DNA of 64,000 nucleotides from Raillietiella orientalis (lineage: Eukaryota). The translations under genes were made by a program, and so were the position numbers. Of the stretch, positions 26,279 to 39,406 are shown one piece after another. The stretch spans positions 1,860,001-1,924,000 of the forward strand of contig JAYWIR010000031.1 of the NCBI GenBank assembly GCA_036172245.1, read 5' to 3'. Under the pieces are notes generated by a model. It searched no databases, had not been told where the DNA came from, and was given only the letters and a program-made list of their open reading frames with translations. The first letter of the stretch is position 1. Every line of letters starts with the position of its first letter.

Positions 26279-26720
26279 GTGAGGTAACAATGAGCGACCT
26301 GCTTTGGAGGATCCCTATATAGAGAATAAGAAAGAGGTTCCCTTGGGAGACAACCAGGGAGAAAGTTCCCTTCGAGGTTCCCTCCCAACCGAAAGAGGAA
26401 CGCACTCCTTCCTCCGAAGCCTTCCTGGATTCATAGGGTGGTCCCTACAGGGTCGCCCCCTAAATTGAAGAGCAGCACGCACCCTTGTGTGGTGTGGATG
26501 GTGTGAAGGAGCCCCAAAGGAGTGATCCCCTAGGCGAAACGGTTCTTTAACACTTAGCGAAAGAAAAAAAAGGAAACCTTAAAAAAAGAACAAAAGCTGG
26601 AAGGAAGACAGGAAAACAGAAGAGCCCAAAAGGATTTCCGTCATCCTAGGCCAGTAGTAGCAATCGCCACGCGAGGTCGCTACTGGCCTTATCAAACAAA
26701 AACAAAAAAAAAAAAAATGA
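25960..26720 (+). mobile_element. Structured SINE-like body (copy C), headless and fused to the LINE 3' end, ending in a stem-loop and poly(A)
   Basis: Homologous to copies B and D from just after their B boxes. A 10-bp stem AGGCCAGTAG (26648-26657) / CTACTGGCCT (26680-26689) is followed by an A-rich tail. Confidence 0.8.
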
Positions 26721-27130
26721 AAAATCATTAGAATGTGATGAAACTCCAAGAGCACATTTGTCAGCATCTTCCCTGATCGTCCGCATGATGATCGGTTTTG
26801 CTAATCTGCGGCCAACGCTCTTCACTGGAAGAGAAGGAAAACTAGATGTATCGTCTGTTATGAGAAAAACAAATTATAGACGATGTTTTCTAATAAAGCG
26901 ACGAAAAGAAACGGTGGATTTTCAAATTTATAAGGTGAATTTATATGCATGTAGCACTTTGATTGATTGTGTTTTCAAAAAAAAAAAAAAGGAAAAATAG
27001 GACGATTCCAGAGCTTAGACGTTCTCTCGCCATCCTGAATATTTTTTTCATTATTTCGACCGATTGCGTTTGTGCATGAGAAATTTTAGGCCCTCTTCGC
27101 AAGGGTTCTCGGTGTCTCGATGTCTTTCTC

Positions 27131-27730
27131 TGACGCAAGTGAACGAGCATCGCGTGAGCAACGTGAACACACTGGATGCTGGAAGCCCCTGCACCGAGAG
27201 CAATTAAAGAAAACGAAGAACACCTGCGTGACCTCGGCAGAGAACAAGAATCCTTGGTCTCCTCTCGGATAGTTCAGGTGCCAAAGCTGGCGTGGAAGAA
27301 ATCGAAAACATCCAGTGTCACACCATAGCGTAGGTGGTGCATTCCGAAGCCATTTTTCCTCCGAATGCCCCACTCGTGTCAGTATTCTCTGCAACAGAGT
27401 ATACATAATACTATGATTTTATTAAATATATTATAATCGGATATGTCGTGTTTGCGATTTATGCTATGGGCATGTGTTTTATCCCACTGGGTCGGAAGAA
27501 TCTGGAAAAGAACCCGGGGATTCACAACATGAGTGTAAAGAAGAAAGAATAGGTCACTCTTCGCCATGCGATGAACCAGCCCGCCGTGGTCCCACCTGAA
27601 TAATGAAGACTGCACCAAGGAACGCTTTCTCGTCTCATCTGAGAGGACGACTTTGCTTCGGGGACTTTGCTCTGATGCAAGTGAATGAACATTTCGTGAG
27701 CGGCGTGAACACACTGGATGCTGGAAGCAA
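27131..27730 (+). repeat. About 57-bp diverged direct repeat (27131-27187 and 27673-27728), possibly ankyrin-like coding repeats
   Basis: TGA.GCAAGTGAA.GA.CAT..CGTGAGC..CGTGAACACACTGGATGCTGGAAGC occurs twice; it translates as S(N/G)VNTLDAGS, and as ...KLPL in the second copy. Confidence 0.7.
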
Positions 27731-29339
27731 GCTTCCGCTGCGCGAATTCTCCTCACCTCACTCTCATCCATCTGTGCTGCCAGATCTGACCCTTTCTCAT
27801 GCATTAGCGAAAAAAGGGACGGCCCATCCCCCGTCAATAAAGCAGCCTGAGGTGACCGCAGAGTCATTTTTGACCATCATCGATTCTGGAGCAAGAATCA
27901 AAAGTGGAGTGCAATGGTTCCGACATGTTGAATGCTCGTGTAGCGTAAGCACGTTTCTGTCCTGCTGCTAAGGATCTTTGGAAACTCTTAGGACAACGAA
28001 AATAGCACGCGAGGGTTTTTTTTTTACTATTGATCGATTTTCAGGACATTAATAATCGCAATATCAGTGGCTCGCTCTCCCGGAGATGGAGCTTTAAAGG
28101 GAATGGGGCTTGCAGTCCCGTAGAGACAGCTAGTGCTTTCTCGCGACGAGTTACGAGTTTCCTGGAAAGGGCCGAAATTGTTTCCTGCACGTTCTATCCT
28201 GAGGCGGACAGCGGAGCCAGGGGAACCAAGGTGATAGTCGTCCAGGTTGCGCTGGAGAGCCTTCTATCAGTCCTTCCTCGCGCGCGTAAAAGAAGACAAA
28301 AAAAAAGGAAAACGCGTTCCTTCGAAGCCGAGCGCTTATGGGGTCATCTTGGCCATCTTCTCGTGCTGCCATTCTCATCTCCGATGCCTTTTATGCGTGC
28401 ATGATTTTTTCCCCGAATTCATCTCATTTGATTAGTCTTTCCGTCCAATGAATTTCCATCGATTCCCGGCTCTTCATTACTGCGAGCGCATGATGGAGTT
28501 TCTGGAGTGAGACTTTTGCTGCAAGAACCAGGATGCACTAGAGTGAAAGTCTCCGTAAGCAAAGCGATAGACCAACGAAGAAACTGGCTGCTGCGTTCCT
28601 CACCATCTTCCCTCGGTAAGGAAACGCAATATGGGAAAATATTTTGAATCGCAGGCCTCACGAAGAGTTGAGAGGTGAAAAACATTTGCTCCACTTTTTT
28701 TCCTTCCCAAAGAAAGGCATGGAACTCGGACAGAGGGCAGTTTACGATCTCGATCGAATGAAAACAAAGGGATCGCGATGCTGCTTGCTGGGATACCTGA
28801 AATAGAAATGGAGCCGTTGGCGCTTAATAGAAGATGGGACCTTGCTCCTGTGCGACGGCGTGTCCTTGCTCGGGTAGGTCCACTGCTTGCACCGAGAACT
28901 CGTGCACTTCTTCAGGAAGATCTTCCTTCCACTGTACACGAGGATTCGAATTGGATTGCATCTGATTAGCAGCGTATTGTGCATGTACACAGACATGGAT
29001 ATTTGTTCAAACGAGAGACATGCATGGACGAAAAGATAATCTGTTTGACAAAGATAATTCGTGTATGAGATGTGTACATTGTCTATACGTGTTATCAAGA
29101 ATATCTGGCTGTAAAGAGATGTGACGTGACTGTTTCCCTGCATGTGTTCCAGCGTCTTGCCTTGGTACGCATAAAACCTCAGACAGTAAAAGAGATCACT
29201 TTCATGTGCTTTTGGAATGGAATGACGATTTGGACATGATTTTTGCTCAGCACTTCACAACTTAAGTAGGAAAACCGGCGAGCACTAAGCAAAGACTTCG
29301 GGAATGAGTTGTTGCATGCAGCAGCCAACGTAGGTCTCG

Positions 29340-29375
<36 letters not shown>

Positions 29376-29679
29376 GAATGGGTACTTTTAATTGGGGTTT
29401 TAATGGGTACTTTTTCCGAGCGGTTTGCAAGAATATACAGAATTCAACTTTCAAAATTCAAATTTACAGTGAGTGGCAAGAAGTTGGACAGAGGAAAGAA
29501 CAGAGAATGCTGTGATTCTTCCCGATGGACATCGAAAACGGAAGAGATAGACAGGGCTTGGTTTTCCAAAAATTAGTCTCTCTCCAGGTTACTAGAAACC
29601 ACAGGTGGCTGGAAGGAGAGGCAAACGAACAAACAGAAAGGAAGAATGGCCGAAGGAAGGCAGCATATTGCACTGTTGC

Positions 29680-29960
29680 TAAATGGTTTGCTTCTTAGGC
29701 GATCCACAAGGACGTGTCAACATCCCCAAGAGATTGCTGTTCAGGAGAGGGTGAGAACTGTGATCATTGGCATCTTGGTTCGTGCTTTCTTCGTCAAGGA
29801 GGGGTCAAGTTCGATCAAGTTAGAGTTTGCGTATAGCTGCTGATCTGTGCATGCGTCCTTCATTTAGAGCTGACCATCCGGGAATAATTTGGAGGCCGTT
29901 TCTTTCAGCATCGTTGGACGTGATGATAGAGGAAGGAAATCCAAGAAAAGTGTAGAGTAA
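29680..29960 (-). pseudogene. Possible ankyrin-repeat remnant
   Basis: Minus-strand GWSALNEG...AAIRKL*LD...NQDANDHSSHPLL...G loosely fits ankyrin periodicity. Confidence 0.3.
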
Positions 29961-30779
29961 TCTGACCATCCTTCCGAGAATGCAGTTAGAAAACTGAATT
30001 GCAGATCGGAAAAAATAGCGCATTTTGAAAGTTGATGGAAGTTTTTTTTTTTTTTTCAACTGTAAAGCCTGGAAGCGACAACAGAGGCGTCGTTGTCGTT
30101 GTGCTCAACGGGTTGTGAAGGGGATTTTCCAAAACGAACAGGAAGTTGAAATAAGTTCCACAGTTCTTAGTGATTCTGCAGAATGCAGCTACAATTGAGG
30201 AGGAGGGTGGGAAACTGAGTCAAGCAAGAAGGAAAAATAAGGCAACTTCCTCAGCAGCCTTTCCTTGTGGTTCCCAAAGCTGAGGTCATCGAAGTATGCA
30301 TGTCAGGGTGCCTTGCCAGTCACGTGGATAATCGTAGCAACGTCGCCAAATCGAAAAAAGATGGTATCCAGAAGCAGGCAGGAGAGAGGAAAATTAATGA
30401 CAATTAATGATAATCAGGAATCTTTAATAAATCTTTAATGACGCAGACTTTCGAAAACTCAGCGGGATCGCTGATCAGAACTCTCACAAATCAAAACGCC
30501 CCCACAACATCTACGCAGCATCGAGTAGGGAAGAAGGAACAATCATCTGTCTCATTATCGAGCAATCACGAAGGAAAGAGCACGAGTTGCCCTCATGAGC
30601 TCATGTGGAGCGATAGAAGGATCTACATAAATTCAGGTTTAGAATTTTGCTCTGCACGTTTCCTGGGCGGAGAAGGGGGGCAGTTTCCAGCCAGCGAGAA
30701 TGGCGTCTCGACTGTGACATCGCCCGTGCGCAGAGCCATGCAGAGAAGAGGAAGAATTCTTGTGGAAACGTGAAAGCTG

Positions 30780-33700
30780 AAGGAAGAAGATCCGAGAGAA
30801 ACTTCACGAGGAGCGAATGCAAGCCATCACGAGGAATCCAAACCCTTCTTCCGAAGTTGTCTCGAAGGACTTGTCGACGAGCTTCCATAGAAGGAGCGTT
30901 TCGGATCGGGGTCTTGCGACCCCTCGTGGTGCAGACCGAACTTCAAGGTTCCCAGGATCCTGGGAACCTTGAAGGTCCAGTGCCTTCCTGGCACGATCCT
31001 GAAGGCCTGCGTTGCGTGGTGCGATTCCACTTGGAGAGAGTCTTTCTGTGTGGGCTGGTCCCCGCTTGCCTCCTTCTCAAGTCTTCCTTCCTTCCACTGC
31101 ACGTCACTGCGATGCAATGGCTCACTCGAGATGGCATCAGCAAGAACGAGCTCTTCAAGAGCCGTCCCTCATGAGAAGTGCATCCACTTCTCATGAGGAA
31201 TGCATCCTCTTCTCATCCACCAGGGTAACGATAGGATGTGCGTCTGGAACTTTGATTTCGGAGGTTCTTTCTTGGAGTTCTTCACGCGTGATGTGACGAG
31301 CACGGCGTGAATCTCGCAAGAAATTGAGCAAAACCACGTCTCCCGATTTCCTGAAGGAAGGAAACGTCACAGGAAACCAACCTGAGATCATGGAGGCATC
31401 CACTCCCCCCCCCCCCCCCATCGAAGAAACGGATGAACGCTGAAGAGGATTGATGTGGCTTTTCGGCTCCAAGCAATTTTCCGCAGTAGAAGGAATGCCT
31501 GCTGTATCCCGGGGCTCTCGAGGTCAGGAGGTGGAGGGGGGGTGCGGAACAGTGGCTGTCTTGGAAACGAGAGAGATGACCACCCGGAACCCGCAGGAAA
31601 GCTTACCTATGCTGAACAGTAAACCTGAGAGAAATCTTGCGACGACTGGAATCCAGATGATGAAAGTATTTGAGTGAGACGAGGGCATCCACGTGGATGC
31701 TCGGAATTCCCAGAACACCCAAAGGTTCAGCAATTCAGCATCAGAATCATGCAAGGAGAGCAAACGAATAAGCTGACTCTCTCGCCGAGGGCGACCGCAT
31801 GACCTACCGAGCCAGGGCGCTTGTAGATTCCGAAAGAATCTGTGGATACCGCCTTGGGAATGACGTCTTGCCGTTGCTGCGTATCAGAGGGGGGGCAGGA
31901 GACGTCCAGTAGGACCTTCCTCTCGCCCTGGAGCACAAGGTCCGACCCAGACCTCAAAACTGCTCCCGGAGTGGAAGAGGTCACGAGAGCATCCAGTGGT
32001 CCACGGTAGCCGTCTTGGTCGTGGCTCGAGACTCTCCGCGGTCATGGTCTGGCTGCTGGCGCATCTATCGAGTGAGTGATGCTGCGATTCTTCCTCACCT
32101 TCCGTCTCTTCTGCACATGCGCTCGGCGTCTTCTCTGGCGAACGATGCTGGCACGTGCAGACGGTCAAGGTCGTCTAGTCCGAGACCAAGGAAGGATCGT
32201 CTGAACCTCGCCGAGTCCGATCTCTGTGGGGGTGCAGCGGCCGAGAGGTCGTTTATTGAGCGCGAAGACTCACCCAGTGGACGCCAGCGCCCTCGGCGAT
32301 GCAGTCCCTCGCAGGAAGAAGTTTCCCGTCATTCGATTCGTCGGATTCCTTCCGGTCCGTGCGGCCTCCAAGCGGCGGGAAAAAAGGTCGAGATGAAGGG
32401 GTATGAGGCAGGATGAGTGCCGCCGTCCGCTTGACGGTTCCTCGCCTCCGCGCGACCCGGTCAGAGGACCACCCCTTCCGGATTCCTTCCGGGCTCCCTC
32501 GTTGGCGGGAACCTCCGTAATCTCGACGGCTGCTCCAGGATTCGCCTCCGGCTCGAAAATCCCGAAAGTACCGACGGGATGGTGGTGGAAAAGCTACACC
32601 TCGGAATGGGAGGGCGCGCACTCGAGCGAAGGGGACGAGACTGAGCCGTGGGGCTCGGAGCGGGGTCATTTAACGTCCTCGGAGGGAAGCGCGCTGGCTC
32701 GGTGACAAGGCGGGAAGGCGTCGAGTCCACGCGGGAGAGGGACCGCTCAGACGGCAGACCGATGTCCGGTGCTGCCCTGGTCGCACGCAGCATCCTCGTC
32801 ACGTCTCGTGCACCTCTCGGCCTGCCCTCAGGGTTCCTTTCGTCCGGCGCCTCCTCCCTCCCTTTTGTCTTCCGCGCTTGCACCTTCGCATCCGCAACGC
32901 CCGCGAGTTAGCTCGCCCGCAGCACGTGCGGGGAACGGCGGCAGACACAGATCAGAGGGTTGGGAATGAGTTGCTCCTGGTTCCCGCCGTGGCGAGACGT
33001 CCGGAAGCGGTCACCACCTCCCAAGATACTCCTGAGCTCCTTGGCTCGTTATCTGGGAAGAGAGGGGGGACAGGGATGGAGCGACCCACAGACACGCTCT
33101 GCCCAGACCGCCCAAAGCGCGGGAAGCCGACGGAAGCACATAGACGCCCAGGAACGAGAGAAACTCTCACGGGAACGGCGGGCAGGCGCCGCGCGGTTGC
33201 GGGGAGGTGCTTCCCTTGACGGGGGACCGGGAAGAGAGAGCCTTCTGTCACCTCCTCTCCGACGGAACCTTCCCCATCCAGGAAAGCCCTTCTGGTTCGA
33301 CGAAGTGCGACACGCGGGCACGGATCCCCTTTCCTCCCCCCCATTCCCTCCATTATCGCGAGGAGCCTCCCTCCCGCGTGCACCCCTTGCACGCCCTCCC
33401 TCCGTCGTTCCGGCCACGCAGATTCGGTGGGCGCCGTAGGGCGACCACACCGTGCACCGGCCAGCACTGAGCTGCAGCTTCTTCGGAAAGATGCGGGAAA
33501 AGGAAGCGTGGTGGGAAAAGGGGGGAGCTGATGCATGGACGAAGAGAATTCGGGTCAGGGTCCCAGGTGTGAGTTTCCGAGATGTAGGGGCGAGAAGGAA
33601 GGGGATGGGCAGGATTCAGCGTGAATTCAGAAAACCGGTTGTTCCGGGACCGACGCGCCAGCGTCTCCGCCGGAATTTTCCCTCAGTTAGGACAGCAGCT

Positions 33701-34560
33701 CCAGTCCCCAAGACCCCCCCACTCTCTCGTGAGCGGGACGTAGGGATGAAAGAAAGAGGAGAAAAAGAAGGAAGAGCAGCTCCAGCGGAAAAAGTAGGGC
33801 GCAACGGAAGAGACTCTTCCCGTCGAAGGTGGAAATCCACTCGCTTCTACCGCGGTGACCACGCGGCCCCATCACGAGGAAATGACCCCCTCGTCAAGGA
33901 CGCGCCAAGCGGGACGCGATGAGAACGAGGAAAACGGTGGTCCACCTTGAAGATATCCCGAGGTCGCCGACATCCTAGAGGCATATCATCCAGGAAGTCA
34001 CGGATTCCTGGCGGCACGGACTCCGGCGGCAGCTTCCCAGGGAGACGAATCGAAGCCCGCTGACTCCCATGTAGGAGCAAAGAGGATCGGGCAGTTCCAC
34101 TTCTCTCGGCGTGACCATCGGCGCGCGTCCGGATCGACGGAGGATTTCCCGTGGCGAGACGCCGCTCCTGCAGAGTTCACCACGAATTGGTCGATGGGAA
34201 TTCCCTGGGATCCCGTCGTGATCTCCGCCCGAAGCTTAGCTCTCGAGGTCGAAAAGGTCGAAGGGCGCTTGGCCTCCCTCAGGGAAGCAGAGAGCAGACC
34301 TTGCTGAAGTGGACAAGGCGCAGGCACTCCCGAAAAAGACAGATCCCTTTTTGCTCCATGGATCAGGAGATCACATCGGGGGGGAGGACACCAGACATGC
34401 TGCCTTTGAGGTCGAGATCGCCTTCAACGTCGAGGCCAAGGTCAAACTCCATCGATATCAGACTTCCAAGTGAGCTTGAAGCCTCCCCGAGAATCGCCCT
34501 GCTATCCCTTAGGCAGCTTTTTCTTCGTGCCAGGATGACCACTATTTCATAGCTAAACCC
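30780..34560 (-). mobile_element. Degenerate LINE 5' half: OTU-like domain, GC/Pro-rich linker and AP endonuclease
   Basis: OTU-like QKGICLFRECL...AKLRAEI / RDPREF at about 34350-34195; endonuclease motifs LRKIAWS (31490), CDVSFLQE (about 31360), HEGRLL and HWTFKVP. Confidence 0.6.
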
Positions 34561-34599
34561 TCAGGCGTCAAGATCCACCCTTCATTGCGCTCCCCAGGC

Positions 34600-36850
34600 T
34601 ACATCGCCCTAAAATCACAGCTCATTCCCATTTCTCTGAACTTCGCAAGCTGTGAAGGGTCCTTCTCGTGCCCCAAACCCAATGCAGCCTCAAATGCCAA
34701 AGCAGAAAGTGGGGCAATCTTCCGAGCACCCAATGCGGTCTTTCAACCACCCCGCCAAATGAAAGACGGTTGCCGTGTTACCTTAGCGCAATCCTCTCGG
34801 CAAGTGAAACAGCAGATCTTTGCCACTTTCTCTTGCAGGGAGTCCTCCAGTTGTTCGCTTGTTGCACGCAGCTCTTGCGTACAAGTGGCCTTGAAGGCCT
34901 TCCTCGGCTCACCGCAAGAGTTTTCCCAGCATTTACCGACGGAAAGCGAAGTTCTCTCCGGAGAAAAAGTTGAAGCACCCTTGCGCCAGGTCCGGCGAGG
35001 GTACACCGCCATGAAGAGTTTTCGGCTCAGGGGAGAGCAGATTTCGTGGGATTCTTGGCGAACATCTTAAGATGCATCTCGTTCTGCGACCCTCCACTAC
35101 CCCCTGCCCCCTTAAATCAGACCCTTAGGGCGAACCGGCGAGATGCCTCTACCTTTGGGGTGGTGGTGTCCGGTGATCACTTTCTCAGGGACTCCAGGGC
35201 TCGCTTCGGACTTCCGCTCGTTCCGACGACTTCTAGCAGAAGTCTTCATCCGTGCAAAGATGCTGGCTTGCGCGGAAAGGCTTGCCATCTCCTGGAGGCA
35301 TCCGTGAAACCAAGAGTCACCTCGTCTGGGACGGAGATGGTCTTTCTGTTGTTGGCAATGGAGGGTGCTTCCTTCGCTTTCGGTGGTGGCGGCCAGATTT
35401 CTCGGACAAACTGTGGGAGCAGGCCAGAAAAGGAGCCCTGTGAAGTTCCGGGAACCCTCCAAAGATGCCTCTCTCTCCTTCTATTAGGCGTGGGAACCAG
35501 AGGCTGCTGCCGCTGGTTCGCATGCCACATCGCCCAGCATGCGAGCTCTCGAGGAAAGGATAGACCACGTGAGTCTCACGAGTGGTGGGCTTTGTTTTCA
35601 TCTTTTTATCTCTTTTTTCCTTATTTTTCAAAGACAGTGTTCCAAGATAGAGGAACGATGGAATCATTCCTCTGTTTTGGAACCTCTCCAAAGACCTTGG
35701 GGGAGGTCGGATTCTCTTTGGGCAGGCTCGTAGTGGGCAAAGCATGGATAGTTTGCACCACCTGTGGTAGAATAAGACGAGGGAAGTCACTCATGGAGAT
35801 TCGGTCAGGTGATGGTACGTGCCAACTAATGACGAGAGCTGTTACTGTACGCTTTAGGATGACACTGTGCGCTCTTTGATCATCCAAGGAAAACTTTTTT
35901 CATCCCGGAAATGACCTCCATGGGACGAAAATCCCATCTTCAGTCAGTTTCTCATGCCGTGCTTCCACCTCGCTGTTCACGCACCATCACCTATTCCTCC
36001 TACCAGAGACACGTCTTAGGATGGCCCCGTGTCCAGCAGACGGAGATCTCTTTGGAGATGCAAAAGACCTTCAATCGATGCTCTGAGAAGATCTCCTCGC
36101 TTCAGAGGAGTGGACGCGGGATCGGAATTCAGAACTCAGCTAAGACAGTCCCAGATCTGATCTCACCATCAGAAGAGCTGCCCTCTTTTCAGATCTTGCA
36201 TTAAGGATGGGATTGTTCGTCCTGGGAACCTCTAAACTGAACTCTTTCACTTCGTGTGGACCTGGGAGATCCACCATGGAGGAAAATTCGCTTCCCTCTC
36301 TAGCACAGAGCTTACATCCGGGCTGCACCGTCTGTTAAGAGATTTTCTGCAACTTCCCCATCGAGTCGTGTCCTCTTTCACACCGCTTTCTTCTACTGTC
36401 TTCTCGTGCACACTTCGTCATCATTCCCAGAAGGGAACTGGAGAGGGGAGGGGAAGTTTGTTTCCGAGCAACAAGCTGTTGGCATGCACGGCTCTCATCG
36501 GTTCGGTTTCCCATTGGGTTGCATAAGATCCCAGATCTTCCTTAATTTACCAATTTGGTCCCATTTAAGTGCTAATTTTTCATTTCTTTCCAAGAGGGGA
36601 AAGGCGACCTTCCTTCTTTCTGGAGTGTTCTCGTCGCCCTCAGCTACGAAACGGGATCTGGAGTTGAAGAATTTACTCGATGACGAACGTAAAGAAAGCT
36701 GGTAGCAGCACTGGGAGGTGTGACCTCGGTAGGGAAGTCTGAGCATCACAGTGTCACCTGCATTCGACGGGCATCTTTTTCGGAAAGAGGAAAAAATGCA
36801 TCTCTTTGCTCCTGTCGCGGATGTCGGAGGAGTCATTCCTTTCTATTTTT
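34600..36850 (-). mobile_element. Degenerate LINE ORF2 (endonuclease end and RT start)
   Basis: Minus-strand RFVAEGDENT (GGDFNT-like, about 36640), VPSPDRISMSDF (APGPDGIP.EF-like, about 35810) and VFEK*GKRD...KP (LFKKGDR...RP-like, about 35625). Confidence 0.6.
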
Positions 36851-38298
36851 TCGAATGCCCTCTCTCGAACTTTGCAACTCTCTTCTTCCTCTAATTGATG
36901 CCCTAGTAATTTGCTGTTGTTGTTACGTGAAAACTCCCGGTTGCCCTCAACGGGAAGAAATGTATCAACAAGACTGAAGAGCTATGTCGTCCATGAAGCT
37001 CTTCAAGTCGAAAAAATGGTCGAAAGTAAAGATGCAAGTAACAAAAGTAGAAGTAACTGAAATGCAACCTTTCGGATGCAGAAAAATTTTAGTACGAGAT
37101 TCGGTTCCTAGAGGCCGATCCCTACCAGCTTTGCACGAGACCTGACGTGCCTTCAGCGACCTTCAAAAGCCGTGAGGATTTGAACCGAAACAAAGAGAAA
37201 CCATGTACCCGTTATTCAGGAATCGCTGCTGCGTTCACACAAAAGAGTGCGCGCATTTTCTGAAGAGACGCGAATAACTGGCGCCTTAAAGCATGCAAAC
37301 GCGGACAGCAAAACACAAACACCAGATTAGTATCGTCTTGAGAATCATCGAACAGGCAGGAGATGTTGATTTGCTGAAAAGATGTTCCTATGTGTGATGC
37401 TGCACGTAGAATCAGGGGTACGACCCGATACAAAGAGAGGTCACTTTAGCAAATACTCGCTGGTTCCAAAGTGCATCGAGAAACTTTCAGAGCAAGCGAC
37501 GGGGCCAAACGATCCCAGTACCCTCTAGTGACGAACCGCTACATCATTCGGCATCCTTCCTCCGGAGTCTGCAGACGAGAGCATCCACTCATGAGGTTTG
37601 CTGCTGAAATTAGACCCGGGTTTAGTCTAGTATTTTGTCGTTGCTGTTGGTGACGCCGTTGCAGCACCGGATCAATCTTTTCTGATTAACTAATGCAGTA
37701 TTCCTCATACTGCAGGGAAATGAGAGCGCGAAATAAGAAACTGTCCTTGTTCAGCTGTTTCCGCCACTGATTATGTCTTCATTCTTCATCTCGGAATCCA
37801 CATTTGCTGCCTCGAACTTTCACTTATTTAGCATCGATGATCCCCGGTTGGTATTTCTGAAAATGATCCTCTGTTTGATTCCTCGAATCACGCCTTAGTT
37901 GCATGATTTCCCCAGGTCTTCGCTTCGTTTGGAGAAAAAAAAGGGAGAGATTTTTCTGCTCAAAGTCGCAAGATCACTTCTGAAAATCAAGCAAAGGATT
38001 CCCGTGTTTCTAAATTTTTGAATTTCACGAACGACCGATGATATCAAATGAACTGTGGATTCATCTTGGATTTGCAAACACGAAATGTTTAAAAGCACCC
38101 ATTCTTCCGCCTGCAAAGGCACCCTCCCTAAACCACCGACGTGCTCTGCACGAAGCATATCGCTCCTGGTTCCCATGGATTTTTCTCCGTACTTGGAACC
38201 GTCCGAGAGAATTCGGACTTTCAATTTTATGCAGTTTTCCTTAACAGAGTATCTTCAGATGCATGGGAAGTTTTCGGTTTTCCGTTAGCTAATAAGAA

Positions 38299-39406
38299 GG
38301 AACTTTCGATCCTCCGGAGTCCCTGGCTACAAGTTCCTCATGGTTTGTGGTATTTCACGCTCCTGGAGGCACACACGGGGGGCGACGAGTAGCTGAAGGC
38401 GCTAGGCGGTGGCGGGGGCGTACCACGTCCTCGGCGGCCGAATTGGGAATCTGGGAGACCTTTTGATCGCTTCTTTCGCGGCGGTCGAGAGGTTTCCGAA
38501 ATTCCCTCCTCTTTCGAGGTCAGCTGATCCGATCCGACAGCAGCGGCTTCGTGGTGTTCTTTGTCCGACCAGTTTCGTTCCCGCAGGAGGCACTTTGCCC
38601 CTTTTCCAGCTGAAAGATGAGAAGTCGAGGGCGCAATTGCCGAAATGCGAGCGCTTTTGCGGCGCGGAATCCCGTTCGAGTTGATGGGAAGATAATCCCA
38701 TTCCTGGTGATGACACAGTGATGATGAGCCGATTCGGTCTTCTTCGATTCGGGCAGCAGTCTCTGCAAGGACATTCAGGGAAGAATTTAAATCTCCCGAT
38801 ATGCATTTCCATCGATCCGAGGACTGCACCGCAGCATGGCACCCTTTCCTCCTTTCTAATCTGTTTTCGTCCCTTGAAGAAAAAAAAAAGGAAAAAGAAA
38901 GAAAGAGAAAATAATGTAGTGTGAATCCTTGCGTTTATCCCTGAACTCGCTGCCGAAAGCACTTCCCTTTGTTTTGCAAGCCCAAGCTTTTTTCGTGGAC
39001 CTGAATTTCCTAACCAAAAGGCTGGCTTCAGGCTTCCGTACCATGACTGTGACCGTATCTCGGAAATGCAGTGGTGATGGCGTTCACTTGTTGCCTATTT
39101 ATTTATTTATTCGTGCGTTTTAGGGAAAGCAAGGAGGAGAGAAAAAGTCACCTTTCTGCACGGTACAAAATCTGTCGCGCAAAGAACACCACGAAGCCGC
39201 TGCTGTCGCATCGGGTCAGCTGACCTCGAAAGAGGCGAGCTAAAGGTTTCCCAGAGTCCCAATTCGACCGCCGAGGACGTGGTACGCCCCCGCCCCCGCC
39301 TAGCGCCTTCAGCTACTCATCGCCCTCCATGTGTGCCTCCAGGAGCGTGAAATACCATAAATCATCAGCAACTTATGATCAGGGCCTCCGGAGAATCAAA
39401 AGTTCC
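38299..39406. repeat. Foldback with inverted arms 38299-38569 and 39174-39406 around a spacer of about 605 bp
   Basis: For example GTAGCTGAAGGCGCTAGGCGG.GGCGGGGGCGTACCACGTCCTCGGCGG matches the reverse complement of about 39268-39316. The right arm lacks about 38 bp between two TCTTTCG repeats. Confidence 0.92.

Noticed and set aside
38409..38500. GAYHVLGGRI resembles the RecR Toprim motif YHVLGG.I
   Set aside because: No RecR C4 zinc finger or other flanking motifs were seen; the match is too short.
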